The notes beneath the pieces are model-generated. The model searched no databases, had not been told where the DNA came from, and saw only the letters and a program-made list of their open reading frames with translations. From the NCBI GenBank assembly GCA_964035545.1, contig OZ037767.1, positions 21,530,628-21,594,627 on the forward strand: a stretch of 64,000 bases of DNA, in the 5' to 3' direction. Position 1 is the stretch's first letter; each line of letters starts with the position of its first letter. The translations under genes and the position numbers were made by a program. The stretch is from Bugula neritina. Lineage: Eukaryota; Animalia; Bryozoa. This document shows, in pieces, positions 49,061 to 63,344 of the stretch.

Positions 49061-52000
49061 CTAAATGACTCATTGTACACCTACAAGCATTTAATAAAAC
49101 AAACTGTAGGCAAAAATCAATATTTCATAACATGAACATCAATGTTGTTTGTATACCCAGTACTGACACACACTAACTGATAAGCTTGCATTATCACCTG
49201 AAACATAAGGAAAGCCTAAATAGAGAAGACTTGAAAACGATTTTTATGTTTATGTTTATGAATGTTGCAATATATAAAAATACATTGCTGCTAAAAATAC
49301 TTATTACAAAAGGTAAACAGGCAACAGCAAAAATTATTGAAAAGTTTTAACTTGAAAGAGTCCACACAAAACAGATTGCATTACTATAATTGGTGACACA
49401 CAAAACAGTGAATGCAAATGTAAAGCATAGATGTTTAATTGTAGCTAATATTTACAAAATTAAACTTGATGGCATAAATTTTTCATCACTGAAACCCAAT
49501 TACAGATGAAGATGCCTGCACACATCACCAGAAGTAGTGTAGCTATAACTGGTCAGCTCAGCTTGACTCACAGCATCGGCTTATATCTGCTTAGTTTAAC
49601 TTTAAAACATAACTTACTCACATTTGAATTTGATTTTTGAACAGATAGTGTTGAGGAAAATTTTCTTAAAACCAAATGTATAATTCTAGTTTAATAAAGA
49701 TCTGAGCATAGTTACGTGACTTGATGCCTGTAGTATTAAAAAATCCTACTTCCAGCAGGCAAAAAGTTAATAAGAATACCAAAACTTGCTAGATACAACC
49801 AACTCTGACTGATGATTTAAAATAAGCTTGCTATCAATCATTTGCAGTAACATGGTTCGGCTTTGAGCCAATTTTCACTATATAATAAAAAATCAACCAG
49901 CAAATTTATTAACTAGGATGCAGCAGTTAAACATATACTGTTTCTAGAAAATTTAGTTGAAATGGCACGAAACAAGATACTTTAGGCTGCTATTTTAATA
50001 TAATTAATTTTATGAAGAAAAACTATTTTGAATTTATGTGACAATAAAAGCTGTAAAAAGCTTATTAACACATAACTTTAAATAAAGGTAATGAACAAAT
50101 AAAAGTCACAAAAAATGCGTTTGGGCATTGAAATGTCAATACATATGCCAGCAATTGATAACAGCCCATCATGTATGAGTTTTTAAAAATTGAGAGTTGT
50201 CTACTTTTAGGTCTTGCCTGAAAGTCTTCTATTAGCTGTTCATTTTGAAGAGCATTAATTTGACATATTACTTCACAACTTGAATCCCACCAACAAAAAA
50301 TAATATTTAATATTATTGACCATTTTTATATTACATGCCAGAGAAACAGTTATAAAACTGGGGCATAGCCTTTTACAGTTTCAGAAAATCAAATACAAGA
50401 ATAGTAAACATTGACACATTTGGTATAATACATACAATAATAAAAAGCGTTAACTCATTACCAGCTATAAAGAAACCTCACTTTACTGTATTGCAACTAA
50501 AGCTCAAAAATTCGTGCAATTCACAAAGTGAGCAATCGAAATATGCAATACGATATTGATAGTGTAGTTTCAATTGTTAATTAAAAATGTTGAAATCACC
50601 AAATGTTATTGTATGAGTTACCATTTCAACAACCGTTTTTAGCTAATCTTCAAAACCGACTGGAAAATGAAACAATCGATCAATTTCAGTTCAATGCTAG
50701 CATTTAACAACATCATACATTAAACAAATTAAGATGGAGACTATACCTGTATTTCAAAAAATGAAAACATGCACTTAGGTATTAAAAGGTGTTGTTGATG
50801 CACCAAGAATGAACAAGCAGTTACTAGGTATATGAATGTGAGAAAGTTGTATTATATCCTTGGGAGATGAGTTTAAACAATTATTAGAAAAACTATTTTA
50901 GCATAAACTCCTCTGAGAATAGTACTATCACAAATACTGACCATAAGTCAATATTATTTTAACTCAATTAAATAATATACTTTCATGACATCCGATTGTT
51001 TGACAAATCAAATAGCAAATGATTGGCACTGAGGGTTATATATACTCAGAACCACATGGGGTGGAAAGGTTGATATATAATATAATAATGGAAAATGCTG
51101 AAGGAGCAGAATCCTCATTGCATTTGACTGAAATTTATGCAACTTATTGAGTGAAAATTTCCGAAACTAATAAGCATTTTCTAAAAATAAATGCTTTTTA
51201 TGTGTTCTACTGTTAATGCTTAACCACAGAGCATAATGAGCAACTGCTGGTAGGTCCAGACCAAATCAGTGATACATTAAATTAATTTTTGCACATGCCT
51301 AAATATTCTAAACATACAATAATCATAATTTACTTAAAATGTATACACCCTGCAATGCAGACAGTCTACATAATTGCATAAAATAGACAAGAGAAGATCA
51401 TTGCATTATCTGGGGACTATAATTGAAAATTTTATTACTAGTAATAAAATTTTCTATTATAACCTTAAGATAATGTTTCAGTGACTCATTGATTTACTGC
51501 GTAGACTGAACCAACAGCATCAGTATCTTTTGAAAAAGAAATTATTCCGAAACTTATAATGATGAGCCATTTTTTGAGCTATCGAGCACTTTCTTTGAAA
51601 AACTCAGACTATATGTTGTAGTTAAGCGGAGATTTGAAAATTTACTACAAATCAATAAAAACTGCAAAAATAGACAAGTTAAATAAGTAAATATATTTTC
51701 AGCTCTGCATAGAATAACAGCAATTACATAATCTTGACATTGAGTCTTATAATTTGCCCTGCATAATGTGAAGCAACTTTTTACATGTGCTATTAGTTAA
51801 CTAGCAAAATGATTCATGAACAACAAAATTGAAGAAAATTTAAAGTCTATTTCTAGTTATAAGCAATTCTGTGATGAAACACATGCACACTGAAACATAA
51901 ATATAACAGGTAAGAAAAACAGATGCTAAATGACAGAAAACAAAAACTGCTCTCAACACAGACAAAGAACTGATGTGAGATCAAGTCTTATTAAATATTT

Positions 52001-53743
52001 GAACTCTGGTTAACAAGATAGTTGAATTATGCAATAAATCAATTAGATGCCCATATTGATATAAGTATGATCCTACATTGTTTTCATAACTAATAAGTTT
52101 ATAGTAGTTTACTTTATAGTTAATTCACAAACTTAAGAGTAGCAACTCAACATATGTATATATAGAGAGTTTTGTACTTCTTAAATGTTTTTGAAGCTTT
52201 TAAATATTATTAGCTTAAAGAACAAACTGGATAACTTTTGCATTAGTTATGCACTAAAAAAATTACGGGAAGTGAAGAAAACTGGACTAGAAGTTTTTGT
52301 GATGCTAAAAAGAACAAAATTTAAACAAATATAGTAGCAAGTTTATTTGACAACTAAGTACATGAAAAATACAATAGGTTAATAAAATACAGGGTTATCC
52401 ATAATGATAATCAAGATACAGGTACATTCAGGTTAACATCTTCCTTTTCAATCAGATTTTTTTTTACTACAGCTCGTCTGTATTGAAGTCAATGATCCTG
52501 ATAAAAAGAAGAAAAGATCAAATAAATAGACAATGAAACTTTCAACTAGTAACAAAATAAAAGTACATTCAACTGCATAAAAGTTCAAAATGATAAACTT
52601 CTAGCCTGATTTTCGACTATAATTGCATTTTTTCTCATTAGCTTAATATAAGTACAACCTATTTAAAAAATATAAATAAGCATACTAAAATTTGCATGAA
52701 ATCAGATAGATCATAATGGTGCTTTTCACAATTGAAATAAAAAAAATAATAAAATAGAAAAGAAAGCAGCCGTCCACTAAAGTGAAAACTTTTTTAAATC
52801 AGTATTTTAAAAAATGTTACCATCTTCATTATCCTCCACATTTTAACTAGGGCTGCATGTATCTTTAGCCAAACAAATTGTGAAAATGTAATAACATTTT
52901 ATTTTAACAAGCGTTGAGGTGCAAAGAGATGGGAAAAAACTTGCCTTGGTAATTGCATTTAGAAAACTTCTTATATTTTAAAAGGTCAATATATTTTCTC
53001 AATACGAAGACATACGTTTTTCCTATGGTGTGTTGGTGAATGAATTATCGGAAGTAAAAAAAACTCTATCTCTCTTCTCTATGCCACAAACGGTTTTTAC
53101 AAAAATTAAACTCACAAACCCAACTCTTAATCATTTTGACAAATCAACCCCAATGCACAGAAGAATGCAAATTGCAGCAGTATATATAATGACTTCTGAG
53201 CAACTTTTATTACGCCGGAGATGATGCAATGCAAGAATGCCAATGCATTTGTTTCCTGTTTTAAACTAAGAAACAGATGTGATAGCATTCTTGCCAGATA
53301 AGTTTCAGGGTTCTTTAACTGTTGATACTTGTACAAGTACCAGCCGATAAACTACGGTAAAATGGTTAAGGTCCTAAACTCAACCAAAATTTCTAGTTTC
53401 GTTGAGTTGTAAAAAATGCAATACTATCTACTGAGCCTGGTATTTTTATGTGAGCCTTTCAAGTCAAAAGACTTAGAAACCTATGAGGAGTATGCAAATG
53501 TAAGAAATCACTCATTAGGTGAAAAATACCACCTAACTATTTATTGCTTACAATAAAGTAAAAAAGCTGATCCATGATGAATCATATATGGCTATGCCTC
53601 AAACTATGAATGATTACCACGTACTTTAGAAATGTATGTAAAGTCGAGGTATGTATATAGAAGAAAATAACTAGTTTTAGTTAAAACTGAAACTTTAGTG
53701 GTCTAACCACACTTGCCTTTATTTGAGTCCCAACTCTGCATCT

Positions 53744-56700
53744 CTACATGCCGTTCATCTTGGCTGCTACAAATAAATATAAAAACAACTAAGATACAGT
53801 ATAACTCAGTATTTAGCATGTAGTGCAATATATATAAGTAGCAAGCTAGGCCACTTAATGAGTCATTTTACCAATTAGTTGATTGTGTACATCAAGCTTT
53901 GGCAGCTTTTTTGTAATTAATTATGCAAGACATTTTCAAAATTATTTATTTAATAAACCCAGGTCTCTACACGCTTTAAAAGTCTTGTGCTAGTTTTCGG
54001 ATTTACACATGATATTTCACTTATAATGGATGAAAATCCAGAGCATGCTATTCAGTTACATTTGAATACCTAAGGTCAACATTTTCTATTTCATATATGT
54101 GAAAGTAATCATATAACATATGAATTTAACCCAAAAAAAAGACAATTTAGAGTGCCTACTGAGCAAAAAAACCAGAGCTAATAAAGTTATATTATTTTCA
54201 TGCATTTACATTCCCAATATTTTACAGCCTCTATGAGACATATCTAAAATACAATATATTAATCATCATTTGACTTAAAACTCTTATCAGAATACTTTTA
54301 TTTCTCTAAAAATTTTGTTATCATGTCGTTTTTGTCGATTTCACTAAGAAACTATAGCTAAACAGTTCTCCTAAACTAATATCTTCAACTCTTAATTTAA
54401 AATTTAAATGACACTAGATTATTGCAGCTCTTTTCTGAATACTTTTTTTCCGTTTGGGTGGCCATGTTGTAGGAGGATTATTAACACAAAAATGGCAGCA
54501 GAATAAGATCACTTCATCTATCTATCTGACTTATTCTACAACTACAACCGTTGCCCAAATTTGAGAATAATTTTTGCCTACAAAAAGCTGTAAAAGACCT
54601 AAGGACATTATTGTAATTGACAATAGCAGTTTCAAGCATGCAATAGTGTAACTATAAATGAACAACCAAACGCCAACAATACCAATTGCCAGCAACACCA
54701 ACTGTCATTGTATACCAGAAAAAAAACATACCCATGGAGAAGAAATCATTTGCAGCAGACTCAGCTTCACGCTGTTTAGCCTGTGAGTCAAGCTCTTCCT
54801 TAGACTGTATATCAACGCTTATCTCAGTTACCCTCACTTCAGAAACATTTGGTTTGTCTGTAATAAATACACTCAATACTTCTCTGCAGTGTATGTGAAC
54901 AAAGGATTCCCTGATATTACTGATAGAGTTTTCTAAATGTCTCAGAAATCAAAGTACACCAAAAGCTTCTATCAAACGACTTAACCTAATCACACAACAG
55001 TTTTGAAGTGCTTAGATCAAACTAAAATAATTTGATTACACAAACCTAGAAAATAACTATTAACATGAAAAGTACCCGTTATGGTTCGATGCCATTTCTC
55101 GGCCATTTGATGCTTCTGTCCTTTATAATGTTGTTGCATTACTTCTGGAGATGAGCAGTGAATATTACATGTTGAACAAAAGAGGTGTGCTCCAGCCTGA
55201 GATTCTCCCTGCACAGCAAACAGATTAGCTAATGTAAACAAGTCACCAATCTACAGTAACACTAATTTACAGTAACACTAATATACAGTAACACTAATAT
55301 ACAGTAACACTAATATACAGTAACACTAATTTACAGTAACACTAATATACAGTAACACTAATATACAGTAACACTAATATACAGTAACATTAATATACAG
55401 TAACACTAATATACAGTAGCACTAATCTACAGTAACACTAATATAAAGTAACACTAATATACAGTAACACTAATATACAGTAACACTAATATACAGTAAC
55501 ACTAATCTACAGTAACACTAATATACAGTAACACTAATCTACAGTAACACTAATATACAGTAACACTAATCTACAGTAACACTGATATACAGTAACACTA
55601 ATATACAGTAACACCAACATACAGTAACACTAATCTACAGTGACACTGATATACAGTAACACTAATATACAGTAACACTAATATACAGTAACACTAATAT
55701 ACAGTAACACTAATATACAGTAACACTGATATACAGTAACACTGATATACAGTAACACTGATATAAAATAACACTAATATACAGTAACACTAATCTACAG
55801 TAACACTAATCTACAGTAACACTGATATACAGTAACACTAATATACAGTAACACTGATATACAGTAACACTAATATACAGTAACACCAACATACAGTAAC
55901 ACTAATATACAGTAACACTGATATACAGTAACACTAATATACAGTAGCACTAATCTACAGTAACACTAATATACAGTAACACTAATCTACAGTAACACCA
56001 ACATACAGTAACACTGATATACAGTAACACTAATCTACAGTAACACTAATATACAGTAACACTGATCTACAGTAATGTTGGTGGAGCGGTACATTCCACC
56101 GAACAACCATTCATTCCTGGTGATCATATATATTACAGTAATACTACATAATACACACAGCATTGCATACCCTCTTGTGCACGGCGAGAACAGCGTTACA
56201 CTTCTTCAGGTGTTTTTTACCAACATAGTGGGCATCAGCGGTTATCATTGAACTCAGTGGCACATTGCAGACTTCACAGAAATCATCAAAGAACTTTTGG
56301 GTTAGCCACTCTGGCCATTCTTGCTCCTGATATCAATCCAGGTAAATATTACTGTCTGGTCTCAACATGTGTCACACCGTAAATGCTTGTCAACATGTGT
56401 TACACTGTGTCAATGCTTGCCAAATGTGTCACACTGCATCAATGATTGTCTAATTGTGTAACACTGCGTCAAAGATTGTCTAAATGTGTCACACTGTGTC
56501 ATCATGTGTCCCACAGTGTCAATGCTTGTCTAATTGTGTCACACTGTGTCAATGGAGGAGGTAAAAGATATCTTATAGACTGTGATGTATTGAAGCTACA
56601 CAACTTTATTAAGTACAAGGGTTGTGTCCAATATCTAAACATGTTCAATAGGAGATAACTCTATCCAGTCTTTAAAAACATGAACAGATAACTCTATCTA

Positions 56701-59700
56701 GTCTTTATAACCATGAGCCGTGAGTGGGCTAAACATAAACTAGAAAATACTGACCTCAGCTTCAGCCGCCGGCACTTCATCATCAACTGACTTAGCAGGA
56801 ACAGGAGCTTTCTGGGGCTTTGACTTGTCAATACAGTAGTCAGGTACTGGGAGCCCGAGTACCTTCAGCTGCAAACATTCACTCTGACACAGTAAATACG
56901 TGACGCTGGATACTAGGTTTAGATGTGGATACAAGGTTTAGATGTGGATACAAGGTTTAGATGTGGATACAGGGTTTAGATGTTGATACTAGGTTTAGAT
57001 GTGGATACTAGGTTTAGATGTGGATACAAGGTTTAGATGTTGATACTAGGTTTAAATGTGGATACAAGGTTTAGATGTGGATACTAGGTTTAGATGTTGA
57101 TACAAGGTTTAGATGTGGATACTAGGTTTAGATGTGGATACTAGGTTTAGATATTGATACAAGGTTTAGATATTGATACAAGGTTTAGATATTGATACAA
57201 GGTTTAGATGTTAGAAGATAGGTGTAAGCAAGTGACCAACACAAAAATATATTTATTTATAATTTGGAGTCGAATATTCGTCCATCACATTTCATCAAAC
57301 TTGCAACGGTTCTAGTGGTCACAACCTAAAAAAACTATTCAAAACTCAAACAACAAGCAAGCTAAAAGTTAGCACTTTATCAATTTAATTGCTGATTTTC
57401 TAGAGAAGGTTGTTCAATTTAGTGTATTAAAAATAGCTTGTGACACTTTTTTACAGAATCTTCAGTGTCATTAACGCATTTTTTCAGTTACAGTTTTGAT
57501 AAAGATGGATAGAGACACTGACGTAATCAAGTAGTTATATTGAACTAAAGGTATGCAACGCAAGTACAAACCTTCTTATGATGGTTTTTCCCAACTAGAT
57601 GTGATTTGGCATGGATAGGATGAGTATATTGAACATTGCAGATGTCACACGACTCCATTCCAACATATGGTAGGAGGTCTTCTGTGATTGAAGCTTTCTC
57701 AGTTTCAGGTTTCGGCCATGTTTTTTTCTACACAAAAAAGTAAGAAGTGGATACGACATTCTATTCACAAAATGAAAGAAATGCAAAATTTCCAATTTTT
57801 CACTTCTACATCAGCAAATCAAACAATACTTTGCAGTGGGACAGACTGTGTACCAGAGTAGGAAGGATTTATCAGGCCATACTTGAGTGTGGGAGCATAC
57901 CTTAGCTTTTGAAGATGGAGGGGATAAATCCCGATCATGAGAGGGTGGATAACGCCTTTTTTCCTGAGGCGGGAATGGACGGCCTTTTCCATCTTCATGA
58001 GGAAGATCATCAAACGAATGTCGTTGTCTTCTATCCCACTCGTAGTAACCCTTTTCTGGCTCAAGTAAACCTGAATATAAGACCATAAGCATATGATACT
58101 ATAAAATAATGGCACAACAGCACAATAAGCATATGATACTATAAAAATAATAGGATAATAGCATATTTTGTGAGGATATAACTACTCACAGAATACTTAG
58201 ACTACTCATAATAGGCTTCCTGTATACACTGCACACACCCAACACAGTTCCTTGTAAATAGTATAATTACATATCTTATATAATAACATTGAGTTGACTG
58301 CTTCATTACGCATTCACCTTGACGTTCTAGGTAGCCTTTTGGAGGATAACGTTGTGGAGGCAGTCTAGGTCTTTCCATAACAGATCTTCTCATTGGTAGA
58401 GCTGCCCGGCGCCTGAAACATGATTTCACATTACTTACCACAACCATCATTAGTACTGCTGCTGCCGCTACTACTATTGAAATACTGCTGTCATTGCCTT
58501 ACTATTACTACTATAATACTGTTGTCATTGCTATTACTACTGCTGCTACTGTTATTACTACTGTTACTACTACTGCTGCAACTACTGCTGCTATTATTAC
58601 CAATGTATTTTTATAAATAGAAGCTACTGAAAAGCCTTGAATGTGAAACCAATTTTTCAATGTTAGTTTTAAAAGACACTGGGATTGACTTAGCAATATC
58701 AACATGTATTGAATATTGTCAACATATAACAACGTTCTCAATAAATTAGTAATATGAAGTACACACTGAGATTCTTTGATGAGCTCGGCATAAGCAAGTT
58801 CCCGAGGTGAGATAGGAAGATTGAGGATTGAACCGCTTTCAGAAGGTTGATGTAGTGTAGCAGCTCCAGTCAAAGGGGTCTTCAACTTATCGGTTGAGTT
58901 ACGCTCTGGAACAACCCTGCCGGATTGAGCAGAATCAGAATAAACAAACATCATTGAAACCGTAAATGAAGAACATTCAAGAAATTGTTGCTGAGATCTA
59001 ATAGAGAGCAGCTCAAATATTGCAACACTTCTTACCCCGTTTCTGCTGAATCATTAATATGCTGAGAAGAAACTTGAGTAGAAGGAGCAGATCTTGAGGC
59101 TGTAACAATTGATAATACAAATACAGAGAAGACCATTATTACATAGCCTAGTCACTGTGGTTAGCCTAGTCCCTGTGATTAGGACATTTGCTGTGATTTA
59201 ACAGAGTTGACAGCAAGCAACAGTAGCCAATGCAGGTGAACACCTGATGGTTAAACACATTTTCAACTCTCATCACAAATCATTAGGTTAGAGTCAAGAC
59301 TAAAAGTTGACTAAAAGATGAAAAATATGAACCCAATGATGCGATTAGTGAACAGCACCTGGTGGAAGAGTTCGCGTAGGAGGAGGCAGCATGTTTCCTT
59401 CTGATGACTTTGTCTTCGCTGCCCTAAGAGGGAGAGCCTCATCAGTATGACAGCGTTTGGGCAGTGGAAGCGGTAGAGAACCGGCTGTACCTGCACCAGC
59501 TGAAGACGGCGCTGTCCTGTCCCACACTGCTTCACTCTTATTGACTAAAGTTAGACCAGGTATACCGCTGGATGTGCTAGGTTGGCCATCGGGACTTTGC
59601 TTTAAATAATTCTTTCTGAGTTTTCTTAACTCTTCTAGAATTTCCTTACTATTGATGAGAGGACTATTTTGATGGTTGACTGACTGAAATACAACACAGT

Positions 59701-61455
59701 ATTTTGATAAGAAAAAATACGTCAAGAGAAGACCAACAGTGAACACTGTCACTCTATTCATAAGCCTAGTTAACTCCTTAGAAAGAACAAACTACAAGCT
59801 CTCATCACAGACAATGCTGTGGTCGGTCAGCATCATAAGGACAAGGAAACAACATGCCATTATAAAATAGGGCTTCGCTCGTTATTCAAGGTTCTACACC
59901 AGCAGAAAAGCAGGAACTCCATTTGTATATCATCAGAACTTTAAAAAAAGGTACCATGAACAGCTTTCTCATAAATTTAGGTAGCAGTTTTAACTGAAGA
60001 TAATGAAAATGAATAAGATACAAAAAACCTAAATTACTAAAAAGTTAATACTAACAGAGAGAAACATATTTGAGTAAAATAGTTTTGAACTGAAGGCTTT
60101 TCAATGTGATGTGTACTAGTGACAGCTTAAGGCAGTGACAGCAATTAAGAGAAAAAATTGAAAAACACTAAAATTTCAGAATTCATTTTTTTAGTGAAAT
60201 GTAATAGTTATGCAAGAAATTTGCAAATATCCGTTTAAAGACTTGCACACGTTTTTATGTTTTTAGAAAACATTATTTGCCAAATACTTCTAGTATAAAT
60301 ATATGTAATCAAAAATATTATAATGTAGAATATTGAGAGGTGAGTGTGGTGGGGATGTTGAATGTATTATGTAAGGCTTAATGATATCCTAGTGTCTTCA
60401 TAGAAATCTTGTCTTCTTGAATCATTATTAATACCCATGCAGTGTGCAAAGCACTAGGCTAGTTATAATAAGTGAACTCAAAGTGAATTCCAATAACTGA
60501 TAGATGGTATAAAACTTCTATATATTGTAAACTTCCATATGACTTAAAGTAATTTCTGACATCAGAAACATCACACTTTCAGACAATATATGCACACCTT
60601 AGATGTTGGAGGTGGAAGAGAATTGGTCACTCTATAAGCTGCTGGTAATGGTGAGCTAGTGGTATGACTGGAGCTTTTGCTAGTCTCCTGCAATACAAAG
60701 GGCTATTTTACTTAAATAAAAAATATGTTTTTAGACAAAAATATTGATATGAAAGGAAATTAAATATCAAAAGAAGTGTACCTAAGGAGAATGCATTCTA
60801 AAAATTCCAACAACAAAAATTAACTGATATTTGGGTATTATTCTAGTAGTTAGCAAACGATTGGTTGAAACTATTGAACATGCATTTGTGAAACTTAGTG
60901 TAGTTCCGGTATCAGAAACTAATTAGCTACAGTTAGGCCTATAGTACATCTGAGCTCTTTCACCTTTTGATAGCAAGAGTCTACTAAACTTAATTATATT
61001 CATGGTAAAGATTAGTGGATTTACAGAATGCCACCACCTGGTAAATATGATGCAAAAAATTTAATAAAGTCACATCCAGACTGTCATACAATTAACAGTT
61101 TAGATCAACAGCAGATTGAACTAAACTCAAATATAAGTAAAACTATATAGAAAAACGCTAGGTTCAGAGTCTCAATTAAATATTCCCATAAGTAAAAACA
61201 TAAGCTATTTTGATCAGTTTCTAAAAGTGTAGTTTATAGATTATCATAACAATAACATACATTTCGAGGTGATTGTAATAGAGCGGGTTTGCTTCCTAGC
61301 AGAGAAGGTTTGTGCACACCTGGCTGTCGGTTCAACCTTGGGTCTTCTAGCTGCCGGAGTAATCTTGGGTCTTCTAGCTGCCGGGGTAACCTTGGGTTTT
61401 CTAGCTGCCGGTTTAACCTTGGGTCTTCTAGATGGTTTCTAGGTGTTGGCAGCAT
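53744..61455 (-). CDS. Protein with N-terminal RQLEDPRL repeats, a long Pro/Ser/Arg-rich disordered region and three matrin/U1-type C2H2 zinc fingers
   Basis: Exons 61455-61261, 60687-60598, 59683-59359, 59099-59036, 58916-58767, 58412-58318, 58070-57901, 57727-57572, 56868-56755, 56326-56171, 55208-55076, 54857-54732, 53766-53744 (last exon tentative). Fingers: CDICNVQY..HLVGKNH, CEVCNVPL..HYVGKKH, CSTCNIHC..HYKGQKH. Confidence 0.82.
55246..56075. repeat. 16-bp minisatellite (cagtaacactaatata), ~50 copies
   Basis: Visible tandem array in a zinc-finger gene intron. Confidence 0.95.
56360..56553. repeat. Degenerate ~28-bp repeat (tgtcacactgtgtcaatgcttgtctaaa)
   Basis: About 7 diverged copies. 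Confidence 0.8.
56907..57210. repeat. 19-bp minisatellite (ggatacaaggtttagatgt), ~16 copies
   Basis: Visible tandem array. Confidence 0.93.
58450..58600. repeat. Degenerate (ACT/GCT/ATT)n tract
   Basis: Intronic trinucleotide low-complexity sequence. Confidence 0.85.
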
Positions 61456-62299
61456 AGTTGCTAAAATCAACTACACCTTTGTACGCTGCAAGCAGGCGTT
61501 ACGCATATATAAAGATAAATACACTTTATTATGAAAAGAAAAATATAAATTATACTTTTCAGCAAATAAAATATATTAAAACTGAGTTTCAAAAATAATG
61601 ACAGTGAATGCAAAGAGTACATAAGGCTGCAATAGTTTACTGAAATACCTGCAAAATCAAACCTGTCTACAAGAAGTTGGTATTGTAAAAGATGTGATTG
61701 CCTGTAACTACTTAAACATGTTTTGCTACATATAATATTTTTGACTTTGGTTTTAACTTTAAACAAAAACTTGGAAGTTTGAAAGATTTGGTGAAAAAAG
61801 TGCTTAGATATTATAAAGTAACACACAGTTACAGGATATTGAAAAACATTTTTTATTATATACTGTAACATTGTAAAACATTAAAATTTGTCATTTTATA
61901 TTGTACTAGCCGACTTCATACTGATAGCTAAATTTATTAAGGACTATCAAGCTCATAATGGTTGCGATTTTTACAGTGGTAGTCCAAGACATAATGCAGA
62001 AATATGACAGAGGTTATAATATAATCAGCGATCAAAGTTAGGTACGTGCAGGGTTATAGTGCAACCTGCAAGTTCAAACTTTTATCTGAAATCTATTATA
62101 CAGTTCTTTTTCATTAACTGTACCTTTAAAATTTATTGAGCTAAATACAAAAACCTAGGCTAATAAGTAACAGAAAAACATACCTAGTACCCACTGAAGG
62201 AAACGAATAAGCTTATAGTTATGAACAATAAAATATACTTATAGTTATATCCAAATTGTCCAAGTGTTTACAAAAAAGTGGCATCACATTAGTGATTAG

Positions 62300-62670
62300 A
62301 CTTACTCTTAGTCCTATACTAATACTAATAGTAATATATTATTATTTATTAATAATACTTATATTAATTATAATAGTATCACATTCACCGTCATCAGTAT
62401 CAGTATGAATATCAGTATATTATCGATTATGAGTATCACAGTCACTATCAAATTCAGTATCACTATCACTATCAGTGTGCCACTATGACTATGACTATTG
62501 ACTATGACCATCAGTAGCATTGACACTATCACTATGGCTATGAGTATCAGTATCACTGTATGACTATCAGTATGAGTATGACTTTCACTGTCACTATCAG
62601 TTTCCTTATGATTATAAAATAATAATTAATATTATAAAATTGAAATAAATATAAGTTTAAGTTTAAGTGG
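62300..62670. repeat. Degenerate 6-bp-periodic tract (cagtat/cactat/gactat/gagtat)
   Basis: Strong hexamer phasing with non-identical units. Confidence 0.8.
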
Positions 62671-63344
62671 ATGCACCTGAAACTTTCGAAGAAATAAAAT
62701 TAAATACGTAAGGCAAATCGTTTGAAACAGCACAAAGCTGCAGGCCACTTGGTGCAGTGGTTCGGAAGTTTAGGCTTCGTGTTCAGACAACAATGGCTGT
62801 GCAAAGACTGCACTCAATGACTCCAAGCTTTGTGCTGTTTCTAACAAGCTCCATGTTCAATAGTCAACAAAAACCTCCGATGATGGTCGACATAATATTA
62901 TGGTAACCGGATTGGAAAGATATCATTGGCAATAACACGCCCACAAAAGTTGTGTAGTCTCGCATTTATTAAAAACCCATATAATATTTTTAATAATTTT
63001 TTTTGTATTTTGACTTTAAAAAAAATTTTAAATTTTAAATTTAATTCAAATAATTTACAGCAAAATAATTGTTATTTTTATATTTATAATGTAAAAATGG
63101 TGTTGTGTCTGTTGAGAGCGGAGCAATTATTGGTCAATAGGAAAATCCACTTTTTGGTTTCATCCAAATTTAAGTTCTGCATGTAAATTGTAGTTCGTTG
63201 AAGTTCCATGATTATCCCAATAATAGCATAAGTGGTATTAAAACTCTCCAGGATAATTTGAAACTCAGTATCAATGCAATCATGCGTAGACTTTCTAGTA
63301 AAACTATCAGTTAAGAAATAGAGCAGGATTAAGATTCATTAATT

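Noticed and set aside
55246-57210. Regular arrays that superficially resemble CRISPR or telomeric repeats
   Set aside because: Head-to-tail units with no unique spacers, no cas genes, eukaryotic introns, and no TTAGGG unit.
62368-62556. Hydrophobic 62-aa ORF (MILILIAIVIV...)
   Set aside because: By-product of the hexamer-periodic tract.
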